Origin: Octopus sinensis
Taxonomy: Eukaryota
Direction: 5' to 3'
Assembly: GCF_006345805.1 (NCBI RefSeq)
Contig: NW_021831895.1
Coordinates: 1-37,841, forward strand
DNA: 37,841 nucleotides
The notes under the pieces were generated by a model. It saw only the letters and a program-made list of their open reading frames with translations, was not told the origin of the DNA and searched no databases. The position numbers were made by a program, and so were the translations under genes. Of this stretch, positions 1 through 10,533 are shown piece by piece (position 1 is the stretch's first letter; each line of letters opens with the position of its first letter).

Positions 1-92
1 TTCTACACATCTGTGTAATTTTTCGTGCAATTCCACCCAGCCGTTTGACCGTCAATCCCAAGACAAGAAAGAATCGCCATGTCAAATTTATT

Positions 93-131
93 GTATATAT
101 ATATATAAATATATACATATATATATATATA

Positions 132-167
<36 letters not shown>

Positions 168-194
168 CATACATATATATATATATATAGATAG

Positions 195-229
<35 letters not shown>

Positions 230-236
230 AAATATA
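93..236. repeat. (TA)n microsatellite, representative of many such tracts (e.g. 3050-3330, 14030-15040, 17000-17600, 18210-18592, 23935-24295)
   Basis: Direct dinucleotide periodicity; explains the Y/I-rich ORFs. Confidence 0.98.
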
Positions 237-250
237 CATACCATATATAT

Positions 251-375
251 GGATTTCTATTTATTGGCTTTGCTTATTGCAAATCCATATAAATACATAC
301 ATATGGGGGTGGGGGTGGGGTGGTGGGAGAGAGATTTGCCATTTATCGACTTTGCTAAATGGCATTGGCAAGTCC
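251..375. repeat. Pair of short hairpin repeats GGATTTGCCATTTA...TAAATGGCAAATCC (251-286 degenerate, 333-375)
   Basis: Same two-hairpin arrangement recurs at 1166-1261; half copies at ~2155 and ~2924. Confidence 0.75.
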
Positions 376-1043
376 ATATATAGATATATATGTAAGTATG
401 TATGTATATATATATATAAATATATATATAGATGTATGTATGTATGTATGTATGTATGTATGTATGTATATCTATATATTATATATATATAGCTATATAT
501 ATATATATATATCTTGACAATACTACAACTCTAGGGATGTTGTGTGTAACTGAAATAGCTAAGAAATAGTATATTTTATTCTAATTTTTTGTTACATATT
601 TATTTTCATACTTATTTTCTGCAGTGCGGTTCAGAGCTTTGTGACATTTGGACCGCTATTTAAACGATTAAACGGAATGGCTTCTATGATGTCAATGAAC
701 ATACACACATATATAATGAATGTCATGGCGTTTTATTCAACACAAACACACGCTCACTATCTGTGACATATACACACACAGTGTCTTCACGCTCTCGAAG
801 AAAAAAAGTCCGTTGACGTTTTGACGTACACAATATTTTAATCTTTTAGAAATATTTCTTACTGAATGTGGTTTCATCATCCGGAGTTCGTTAATTTTCG
901 TAAATTTGTTTTTATTTATTTACTTTTGTTTTAAAGTGAAAGAGGGGAGAAAGTGAAAGATATACGTACGTGTATATGAAATGGACGTGTGTGTGCGTGA
1001 ATAAGGACAGGCTGTGCACTATATACATACATACATACATACA

Positions 1044-1076
<33 letters not shown>

Positions 1077-1165
1077 GTCATTCAACAGCGTTTGCCAAGT
1101 ACCAAATCAATATATAAATATACATACATACATACATACAAACGTACATATTTATATATATATAT

Positions 1166-1261
1166 GGATTTGACATTTATGGGCCTTTGCTAAATGGTAA
1201 ATCCATATATATATAGAGTGAGAGATTTGCCATTTATCGGCTTTTGCTAAATGGCAAATCC
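1166..1261. repeat. Second pair of the same hairpin repeats (1166-1204, 1224-1261)
   Basis: 1224-1261 has GATTTGCCATTTA / TAAATGGCAAATC as perfect inverted arms. Confidence 0.85.
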
Positions 1262-1333
1262 ATATTCGCCATGATTGATCGCTATCCACTAAACCTTTTT
1301 TTTATTATTTTCGCTCTGTTTTTTTCTGTGTTC

Positions 1334-1369
1334 CTTTCTGTTGAAGAGCGTAGGCTCAAAACGTAAAAG
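1334..1369 (+). ncRNA. Degenerate minimal hammerhead-like motif in a Penelope-like terminal remnant (~1300-1455)
   Basis: Stem I CTTT/AAAG, core CTGTTGA, stem II GAGC-gtag-GCTC, AAAAC in place of GAAAC, then GTA; same architecture as 25134-25168. Confidence 0.5.
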
Positions 1370-1469
1370 ATTTTCTCACTACCCGAACGTCAAACTAATA
1401 CATCTGTTTGTTGTTTATGCACCAGTCTTCGTCTATTTTTTCTGTAAATTCCAACTATATATTTAGGAG

Positions 1470-1804
1470 GAGGAGACCCCCTTCGGTCATGAATGACCAT
1501 GGGATTGCACCTTGAAAATTACCCTCCGAGGCACAAATCCAGGCAAGGTTGTTTGTGGAAGGCCAGCTGTCGCCAAGCCATACGGGCCTCCCCTCTCCAC
1601 ACCTCTGATGTTATCCAATGGAAAGGCAATGGGGCCACTACAGCTTGATATCAGTGATGTCGTAACTCATTTCTAATCCTGAGTGAACTGGAGTAATGTG
1701 AAATAAAGAGTCTTGCTCAAGAACACAACACGCAGCCCGGTCAGGGAATCGAACTCACAACCTCAGGATCGTAAGCTGGACGCTCTAATCACTGAGACAT
1801 GCGC
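1470..1804 (-). mobile_element. tRNA-derived SINE
   Basis: Minus strand head GCGCATGTCTCAGTGATTAGAGCG...GAGTTCGATTCCC (A/B-box like) followed by GTGTTCTTGAGCAAGACTCTTT core. Confidence 0.85.
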
Positions 1805-2260
1805 ATACACATATATATGTATATGTTTGTATGTATATACATACATATATTGTTATTATTATTATTATTACTATTATATGATTGAACGCCACGAATCCTC
1901 TTCCAAGTAAGTTTTATCTTAATAATTCTGATGCGCACGCTATACGATATTTTTACTCTTTCGTTTTTCTCTCTCTTATTCTTTTACCTCCTCTTCTCCC
2001 AGTATTCTATACTATTACTCTGTCACTCCTCTCCCTCACACCTCCTCCCCTACTCATGTGCTCTCCCACGTGACCATCGGCCAACTTTCTTTCGTTCTCT
2101 CCGTTGTAGCTGGAACAAGGAAGGACGTGTCTTGTTCGTCTCCTGCCCGGGATCGGATTGCCATTATCGGATTTTGCTTGTGGCCACCCATATTATTGTT
2201 ATATAACGATAATAGTTAATAACAGTATCTATACAAATATTTTCGAATATTATTCATATA

Positions 2261-2672
2261 GGCGCAGGAGTGGCATGTGTGGTAAGTAGCTTGTTTACCA
2301 ACCACATGGTTCCGGGTTCAGTCCCACTGCGTGGCACCTTGGGCAAGTGTCTTCTACTATAGCCTCGGGCCGACCCAAAGCCTTGTCAGTGGGATTTGGT
2401 AGTAGACGGAAACTGAAAGAAGCCCGTCGTATATTGTATATATATATATATATATATGCGTGTGTGGTTTGTGTTTGTCCCCCTAGCATTGCTTGACAAC
2501 CGATGCTGGTGTGTTTATGTCCCCGTTACCTAGCGGTTCGGCAAAAGAGACCGATAGAATAAGTACTGGGCTTACAAAAGAATAAGTCCCGGGGTCGAGT
2601 TGCTCGACTAAAGGCGGTGCTCCAGCATGGCCGCAGTCAAATGACTGAAACAAGTAAAAGAGTAAAGAGAGA
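2261..2672 (+). mobile_element. tRNA-derived SINE with CORE-like box (octopus OR2-like), full length
   Basis: Head GGCGCAGGAGTGGC..GGTTCAGTCCC, CCTTGGGCAAGTGTC box, internal (TA)n, tail GACTGAAACAAGTAAAAGAG; further copies in window. Confidence 0.9.
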
Positions 2673-3399
2673 GAAGAGTATAGTACTTTTATACACTGAT
2701 ATCGTGTCTGAATTTGGCACTAGGTTTTCAACGGTTACCAAGCACAACGAATCGAGCAAAAGTTTTAACCCTAGGCATATAGTGAGACCTGCTGATGAGA
2801 ATTAAGAAAGATAAACTATAAAGATAGTAAGTTAATTGATTAGTGGTTTTCTTTGCTGATTTTTCACAACAAAACTGGAACCCCGTACGCCCTATTACAA
2901 TGATAAATTAATTATAAGATTTTGGATTTGCCATTTATCGGCTTTGGCTTGTTGGTCACGTATATTATTGTTGTTGTTATTCATTTTACCAATGATAATA
3001 ATTGATAATAATATCTATATAGATATTTTCAAATATTTATTCATTTAGTAATTATACACACACACACACACATATATATATATACATGTATATGTGTGTA
3101 TATATATATATATATTTACCACAAAAATATATTTATATTTAGATGTTTATATGTGTGCATGTATATACATGTTTATAAGTATGTATATATATGTATATAC
3201 ATATATATATGTGTGTGCATATATAAATATATATATATATATATACATACATATATATATATGTGCATATATATGTGTAGATATATATGTATGTGTGTGT
3301 GTGTATGTATATATATTTATATGTATATACACATGAAACCTGTCGGACTGATGGTTTGGGCGGTAATGTCATCCGATATGGTAGAAATTCTCTGATGGC

Positions 3400-3880
3400 T
3401 GTTAAAATCTTTTTTATTTGTTTTACGTTTTTCTTCTTCCCTTTTTCTTTTTGTTCCTTTCTTTTACATTTTTTGTTTCTATTTTTTTTTCACTGTTTTT
3501 CTAATGTATTTTTTCTTTTTACCTATTCTTTGTTTTTCCTTGTTTCTCTTTTTCTTTGTTTTTTTCCTTTATTTATTTTCCTTTTTATGTTTTTGCTTTA
3601 CTTCATTTCTTTTTTATTTTTTCTTTCTTAATGGTTTTTTTTTCCTTTATCGTTGTTTTTTATTTGTTTTATTTTTGCTTTGCTTTTTTTTCATTGATTT
3701 TCTTTTTATTTGTTTTTTTTTGTTGTTTATATTTGTTTCTCTTCTTTGTTTTATTTTTGTGTTTTATCTTGTTTTGCTTTTCTTTTTGTCTCATTTTAGT
3801 CTTCCTTTTCATTTGTTCTCTTCTGTCTTTTCCTTTCCTCTTTGTTCTTCTTTTCGGTTTTTATCTATTTTCCTTCTCAT
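3400..3880. repeat. T-rich low-complexity block
   Basis: Composition; partly reverse-complementary to 4920-5520. Confidence 0.9.
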
Positions 3881-3910
3881 TTCCCTGGCAATGTTACAGA
3901 GTTGCCTTAC

Positions 3911-4073
3911 CTGTTCGGGACAAACTCGTTCGGTATTGTTCTTCAGCTACGCCAACTTTTCCAAGATGCGGCCAGGACAATGAAGAAGGTTAGTGTGGAA
4001 GACAAGAGTGAAAGAGATTGTGACAGGGACTTTCAACTCCACCCTTGGATCGGTGAACTTTTACCTTTTCCAT
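3911..4073 (-). other. Candidate exon, coding status unclear
   Basis: Minus acceptor TTATTTTGTTTTTTTAG|ATGGAA and donor GAACAG|GTAAGG; all three frames contain a stop, so UTR/non-coding if real. Confidence 0.35.
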
Positions 4074-4532
4074 CTAAAAAAACAAAATAAGGATGGAGAA
4101 GAGATGCCTGTCGAACGGAATATTTCAGAAACGATGGATGACTGTAGCAAGAATGCTGAGAGTAAATGAACCTGTTTGAGCGAGAAATCAAAGAGTTTAC
4201 CAAGGGATTCGTTGTTGGAATGTGGTTTGTGGGGTCGGCCACGTGCCTCACTTCATAAATATTTTCTTTCATTCATTTTTTTCATCCGAATTTTATACTT
4301 ATTTATCATCCATTATGTGTTCCATTTGAATCCCGACCCCCTTCTCAGTCCTTGTATCGTCCACTCTATTTTTTTGACCTTCATGGTTAATAAATTTGCA
4401 TTTTTTGTCATATGGTTGCTTAGGAGAGAAAAAACGAAAACAAATAACAAAGAAAGCAAGAAATAAAAACAAAAAAAATGAAAAACAAAAAGAAAAACAT
4501 GAGAAAACAAACAAGCAAAAAGCAAAATATAA

Positions 4533-4715
4533 GAAAGAGATATGAAACAAAACTGTCCAATTACATCAGGAAGTTGAAAGAGCGTGCTACTGTATTAAAT
4601 ATCGATTGAAAGCTTCTTGAAAGTAGTTACTACACAGAGATAGCACAGAAAATTGAAGGTTATGCATAGCTATAAAGGAGGTTATGTATAGTTTTACTCT
4701 GCGATCTCAAAAGAT
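4533..4715 (+). pseudogene. Degenerate Penelope-like element GIY-YIG endonuclease C-terminal fragment
   Basis: Reads RKRYETKLSNYIRKLKERATVLNID*KLLE, then YKGG and LCDL in shifted frames, resembling the T.LS.YIW.LK...I.W.I...C.LC region of PLE endonucleases (recalled motif). Confidence 0.5.
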
Positions 4716-4919
4716 CGGTATACTATTTATATTTTAGATCACAGGATTTCATAGAATGTCGCCACTTTGATAAACATCTTCTGAGACAGAAATATGTTGT
4801 CACTAACTGACTTTATTTCGATGATTTTTACTCTCAATGAGATAATCCTGATCTATATAGACTCTGTAATTTATAACCTGAATCCCAAGTCAATAAACTC
4901 AGTAGATCAAACAACAATA

Positions 4920-5520
4920 GTCACATTGATATTTTCATAAATGAAAAACAACAAACGAAGAACAATAAAAGAAAAAGAAAAAAAACGAAGAGAAAAAGAA
5001 AACAACGAAAAAAGAAAAACAAAGAAAAAAGAAAATAACGAAAAAAGAACAAAGAAAGAAATCGAAGACAAACAAATAAAAAAGAAAACAGCAAACAAAT
5101 AAAAAAAGTGAAACAAATTAAAACGTAAAAAAGAAAAAAAACAAAGAAGGAAATAATAGAAAAAGAAAGAAGAAAAACAACGAAAAGAAATAAACAAAAT
5201 AAGAAAAATAAAGAAAAAAAGAAAAAGAGAAAGAAGAAAAAGAAAAACAAAGGAAGAGAAAGAAATGAAAAAGAAAACAAATTAAAAAGAAAAAAACAAA
5301 CAAAAAATAAAGAACAAAGAAAAGAACAATGAAAAGAAAATCAATGGAAAAAAGCAAAGAAAAAGAAAGATAAAGAAAAAAGAAAAAAAACAATGACGAA
5401 AGAACAACAAAAAAGAAATGAAGTAAAACAAAAACACATAAAAGGACGGTAAAACAAACAAAAAAAAACAGACGGAAAAAGAAAACAAATTATGAAAAAT
5501 AAATGATGCTTAAATACGTT
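4920..5520. repeat. A-rich low-complexity block
   Basis: Composition; explains F/L-rich minus-strand ORFs. Confidence 0.9.
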
Positions 5521-5544
5521 CATGTTATTTGAAATATATATTCT

Positions 5545-7775
5545 TTTCTACTTTTAGGCACAAGGCCCGAAATTTTTGGGGGGAAGGGATCCAGTCGATT
5601 AGATCAACACCAGTACGCAACTGGTACTTGATTTATCGACCCCGAAAGGATGAAAGGCAAAGTCGACCTCGGCGGAATTTGAACTCAGAACGTAACGGCG
5701 TACGAAATACCTGTTTCTATTTCTCTACTACCCACAAGGGGCTATACATAGAGGGGACGAACAAGGACAGACAAACGGATTAAGTCGATTATATCGACCC
5801 CAGTGTGTAACTGGTACTTGATTTATAGACCCCGAAAGGATGAAAGCCAAAGTCGACCTCGGCGGCATTTGAACTCAGAAAGTAACGGCGTACGAAATAC
5901 CTGTTTCTATTTCTCTACTACCCACAAGGGCTACACACAGAGGGGACGAACAAGGACAGACAAACGGATTAAGTCGATTATATCGACCCCAGTGTGTAAC
6001 TGGTACTTATTTAATCGACCCCGAAAGGATCAAAGGCAAAGTCGACCTCGGCGGGATTTGAACTCAGAACGTAGCGGCGTACGAAATACCTGTTTCGATT
6101 TCTTTACTACCCACAAGGGGCTAAACGCAGAGGGGACAACCAAGGACAGGCAAACGGATTAAGTCGATTACATCGACCCCAGTGTGTAACTGGTACTTAT
6201 TTAATCGACCCCGAAAGGATGAAAGGCAAAGTCGACCTCGGCGGAATTAGAACTCAGAACGTAGCGGCAGACGAAATACCTATTTCTATTTCTTTACTAC
6301 CCATAAGGGGCTAAACACAGAGGGGACAAACAGATTAAGTCAATTACATCGATCCCAGTGCGAAACTGGTACTTATTTAATCGACCCCGAAAAGATGAAA
6401 GGCAAAGTCGACTTCGGCGGAATTTGAACTCAGACCGTAGCGGCTTACGAAATACCTATTTCTATTTCTTTACTACCCACAAGGGGCTACACACAGAGGG
6501 GACGAACAAGGACAGACGAACGGATTAATTCGATTATATCGACCCCAGTGCGAAACTGGTACTTATTTAATCGACCCCGAAAGGATGAAAGGCAAAGTCG
6601 ACTTCGGCGGAATTTGAACTCAGAACGTAGCGCGTACGAAATACCTATTTCTATTTCTTTACTACCCACAAGGGGCTACATACAGAGGGGACAAAGAAGG
6701 ACAGACGAACGGATTAAGTCGATTATATCGACCCCAGTGTGTAACTGGTATTTATTTAATCGACCCCGAAAGGATGAAAGGCAAAGTCGACCTCGGTGGA
6801 ATTTGAACTCAGAACGTAACGGCAGACGAAATACTTATTTCTTTACTACCCACAAGGGAATAAACACAGAAAGGACAAACTAACGGATTAAGTCGATTAG
6901 ATCAACACCAGTGCGTAACTGGTAGTTTATTTATCGACCCCGAAAGGATAAAAGGCAAAGTCGACCTAGGCGGAATTTGAACTCAGAACATAGCGGCGTA
7001 CGAAATATCTATTTCTATTTCTTTACTGCCCACACGGGGCAAAACACAGAGGGGACAAACGGATTAAGTCAATGACATCGACCCCAGTGCGAAACTGGTA
7101 CTTATTTAATCGACCCCGAAAGGATGACCGGCAAAGTCGACCTCGGTGAAATTTGGACTCAGAACGTAGCGGCAGACGAAATACCTATTTCTCTACTACC
7201 CACAAGGGGCTAAACACAAAGGGGACGAACAAGGACAGACAAACGGATTAAGTCGATTACATCGACTCCAGTGCGTACCTGGTACTTATTTAATCGACCC
7301 CGAAAGGATGAAAAGCAACGTCGACCTCGGCGGAATTTGAACTCAGAACGTAGCGGCAGACGGAATACCTATTTCTTTACTACCCACAAGGGGATAAACA
7401 CAGAAAGGACAAACTAACGGATTAAGTCGATTAGATCAACCCCAGTGTGTAACTGGTACTTTATTTATCGACCCCGAAAGGATAAAAGGCAAAGTCGACC
7501 TAGGCGGAATTTGAACTCAGAACGTAGCGGCAGACGAAATACCTATTTCTCTACGACCCACAAGGGGCTAAACACAGAGGGGACGAACAAAGACAGACAA
7601 ACGGATTAAGTCGATTACATCGACTGCAGTTCGTAACTGGTACTTATTTAATCGACCCCGAAAGGATCAAAGGCAAGGTCGACCTCGGCGGAATTTGAAC
7701 TCACAACGTAACGACAGACGAAATACCGCTGGGCATTCCGCACGGCGTGCTAACGATTCTGCCGGCTCGCCGCCT
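5545..7775 (-). mobile_element. Tandem array of 12 SINE bodies (~175-190 bp units) with a single tRNA-like head
   Basis: Marker CCCGAAAGGAT (one copy CCCGAAAAGAT) recurs at ~5641, 5831, 6020, 6210, 6386, 6576, 6765, 6939, 7115, 7299, 7473, 7657; head only at ~7725-7775. Central motif GCCTTTCATCCTTTCGGGGTCGAT resembles a Meta-type SINE domain (recalled, unverified). Confidence 0.95.
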
Positions 7776-7920
7776 CAATGTATTTTCTTGTCTTCGCCTG
7801 ATACCTAGTATTGCTTTGTTTGCGTCCGTGCGGTCAGCAAAAGAACGACCAGGTCTTTGAAACTTAAATGAGCTTCAGTAAACCCTTCCAGGCGATGCTG
7901 GAAATATCAGTTATTTTGTT

Positions 7921-8481
7921 GGATCTCTTCCGGTTTGAACGGCAGTTTTTTCTAGCGGTGTCATATGAAATTGTCACCCATAATTATGACCCTAGTATCG
8001 ATCTATTGCATTTCAATCTGTTTTAGGGTTAGGGGTGGGGGGAAGGCTATCTTTTTTTCTTCAGAAATGTAAATAAACCCAATCTGTTTCTTAAACGAGG
8101 GACATATTCATACGGCACAGAATGTTTTCACCTCAATAGACGTCATTGATTGGTTGAAGTTGCAGAAATTGAAGATAAAAAAACCAACAAATATTTTACA
8201 AACTATAGAATTTTCTCAATAAAGCCAAGAGAAAAAGATGTTTTATAAACACATCCTACCAGTATACGAAGTTTAAAAGTGTTTAGTTACCTAGAAATTA
8301 TGTTAAAAACTGCCGTTCAAACCGAAAAGATCCCAAATATCTTACAAACTATAGAATGTTCTCAATAAAGCCAAGAGAAAAAGATGTTTTATAAACACAT
8401 CCTACCAGTATACGAAGTTTAAAAGTGTTTAGTTCGGTGGAAATTATTAAAAAAAAACTACCGGCCAAACCGAAAAGATCC
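7921..8481. mobile_element. TIR MITE (GGATC...GATCC family), monomer 7921-8333 plus partial duplication 8334-8481
   Basis: Starts GGATCTCTTCCGGTTTGAACGGCAG, ends CTGCCGTTCAAACCGAAAAGATCC; no clean TSD. Confidence 0.85.
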
Positions 8482-8660
8482 CCTATTTTATTTTGCAACT
8501 ATTGTGCTAATATCGTTGAAAAGATTTTGAGGAAAGTTTTGAAGGGAGACAATTAACAATACTAAATTTTACAACTTCTGTTTTTATTATTTCCCTTTAA
8601 TTGCTAATTGGTTTTACAACAAATATTTCATATTTTATTTCGTTTTTCTATGTGGTTTAT

Positions 8661-8950
8661 GCACTGGGGTCGACTTGATCCCTTTGTTTGTCCCCTCTAA
8701 GTTTAGCCCCTTGTGGGCAGGAAAGAAATAAGAAACGTTAGCACGGCCGGCAAAATGTTTAGCGGTAGCTTGTCTGCCGTTACGTTCTGAGTTCAAATTC
8801 AGCCGAGGTTGACTTTGCCTTTCATCCTTTCGGGGTTGATAAAGTACCAGTTTTGCACTGGGGTCGATCTAATCGACTTAATTCCTTTGTCTGTCTTTGT
8901 TTGTCCCCTCTAAGTTTAGCCCCTTGTGGGCAATAAAGAAACAAGAAATA
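8661..8950 (+). mobile_element. SINE fragments of the array family (3' fragment plus near-complete copy)
   Basis: Shared body and CCCCTTGTGGG..AAGAAATA tail. Confidence 0.85.
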
Positions 8951-8964
8951 AAAATTTCTCATAA

Positions 8965-9183
8965 TATTCTTTTCTACTCTAGGCAAAAGGCCTGAAATTT
9001 TTGGGGAAGGGTGCCAGTCAATTTGATCGACCCCAGTATGCAACTGGTACTTAATTTATCAACCCCGAAAGGAATAAAGACAAAGTCGACCTCGGCGGAA
9101 TTTGAACTCAGAACGTAAAGACAGATGAAACACTGCTAAGCATTTCTCCTGGCGTGCTAATGTTTCTGCCAGCTCACTGCCTT
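8965..9183 (-). mobile_element. SINE, alternative-tail subfamily (same tail as the first unit at 5545)
   Basis: Tail TTTTCTACTCTAGGCAAAAGGCCTGAAATTTTGGGG; CATAATATT occurs near both ends (possible TSD). Confidence 0.85.
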
Positions 9184-9289
9184 AAAGCTTTCCCATAATA
9201 TTTCAACTGGTGTTCTGTTTTGACTTTTGTATTGTTCCCTCTTTTCAGTATCAGCAAGTGTTTTTCTAATTTATTATAAATAGTTATAT

Positions 9290-9890
9290 CAAAATCAAAT
9301 CAAATCAAATCAAAAAAAGAAAAAATCAAATCAAACCAAATCAAAATAGATGAACATCAATGGAATTTGTATCCTTGTGGTACCAGTGCCGGTGGCACAT
9401 AAGAAAACCATCCGAACGTGACCGTAGCCAGTACGGCATCGACTGGCCTCCGTGCTGTGGGCACGTAACTAACACCATCCGATCGTGGCCGTTCGCCAGC
9501 CTCGTCTGGCACCTGTGTCGGTGGCACATAAGAAAACACCATCCGAGCGTGGCCGTCTGCCAGCCTCGTCTGGCACCTGTGTCGGTGGCACATAAAAAAC
9601 ACCATCCGAGCGTGGCCGTCTGCCAGCCTCATCTGGCACCTGTGTCGGTGGTACATAAAAAACACTATTCGAGCATGGCCATCTGCCAGCCTCGTCTGGC
9701 ACCTGTGTCGGTGGCACATAAAATCACCCACTACACTCTCGGAGTGGTTGGCGTTAGGAAGGGCATCCAGCTGTAGAAACACTGCCAGATCTGACTGGCC
9801 TGGTGCAGCCTTCGGGCTTGCCAGACCCCAGTTGAACCATCCAACCCATGCTAGCATGGAAAGCGGACGTTAAACGATGATGATGATGAT
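9290..9890 (+). mobile_element. Non-autonomous retroposon-like repeat, (AAATC)n start and (GAT)n tail
   Basis: 3' region GGCGTTAGGAAGGGCATCCAGCTG...AACCCATGCTAGCATGGA; inverted relative at 26997-27297 and degenerate tail at ~23510-23630. Confidence 0.8.
9473..9722 (+). repeat. Minisatellite, four 63-64 bp GC-rich units
   Basis: Units start at 9473, 9537, 9600, 9663 (CACCATCCGAGCGTGGCC...GGTGGCACATAAAAAA). Confidence 0.95.
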
Positions 9891-10533
9891 AATAAAAATA
9901 TAAGTAAAGGTATGTCAAAGTAAAGAGGGCATTTTCACATAGAAATTGGTAACCTGTAAGATTTACCCCAAAATAGACACATTTAATTTTCTTTTCCAAC
10001 ACTTTAAAACAAACTGTAGGTCCATTCCTGAAAATAGCAATGCTAGAATCTGTAAATACTGTTAAGATATTTTCAATAAATATTGTTATTCTTTAACAAG
10101 TTTCATGCATTTCTCACCACCAAAGAAATATTTTCAATCTTTGTGTTGCATGGAATATGAGGAAATCTTCATGGATTTCCAGCAAACTTTCGCAATAATT
10201 GTCCCACATAAGTTGCAATTTCTCTGGTTTGTTCAGAATTTTTCCAATTGAAAAACATTGGTAGAAAGGAACCTTTTTTAAAAAATTGTTTTTAAACATC
10301 TGTATTGACCCCCCCCTGCCCATCATGCAATATTCAATTTTATTTTATTCTTTTTTTTTAGTTATATTTGTAATTTTCTTATATTCCAATTCTTGTAATT
10401 TGTAAATTTTTTTTTAACCCATCCTCATTTCAGCGCATCTTTCAAGATTAAAATGAATTAAAAATTTTTTATCCTTTTCCTATACAACATGAAAATGGAA
10501 AGAAAAACAAGACAATATCAACACATTTTATTT

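Noticed and set aside
624-662. CGSELCDIWTA after a strong acceptor, reminiscent of aminergic GPCR TM3
   Set aside because: A stop follows within two codons and no other GPCR motif is present; it could still be a terminal or UTR exon.
2261-2340. tRNA genes at SINE heads (also ~1740-1804, 7725-7775, 36086-36160)
   Set aside because: Heads continue directly into SINE cores and lack a convincing full cloverleaf.
2790-2815. CTGATGA as a hammerhead core (also ~35318 and minus ~16085)
   Set aside because: No stem II followed by GAAA and no stem I partner.
5545-7775. CRISPR-like or satellite-only interpretation of the array
   Set aside because: There are no unique spacers, and each unit is a SINE body found dispersed elsewhere in the window.
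8022-8036. Telomere-like TTAGGG
   Set aside because: Only one or two units, internal to the MITE in each copy.
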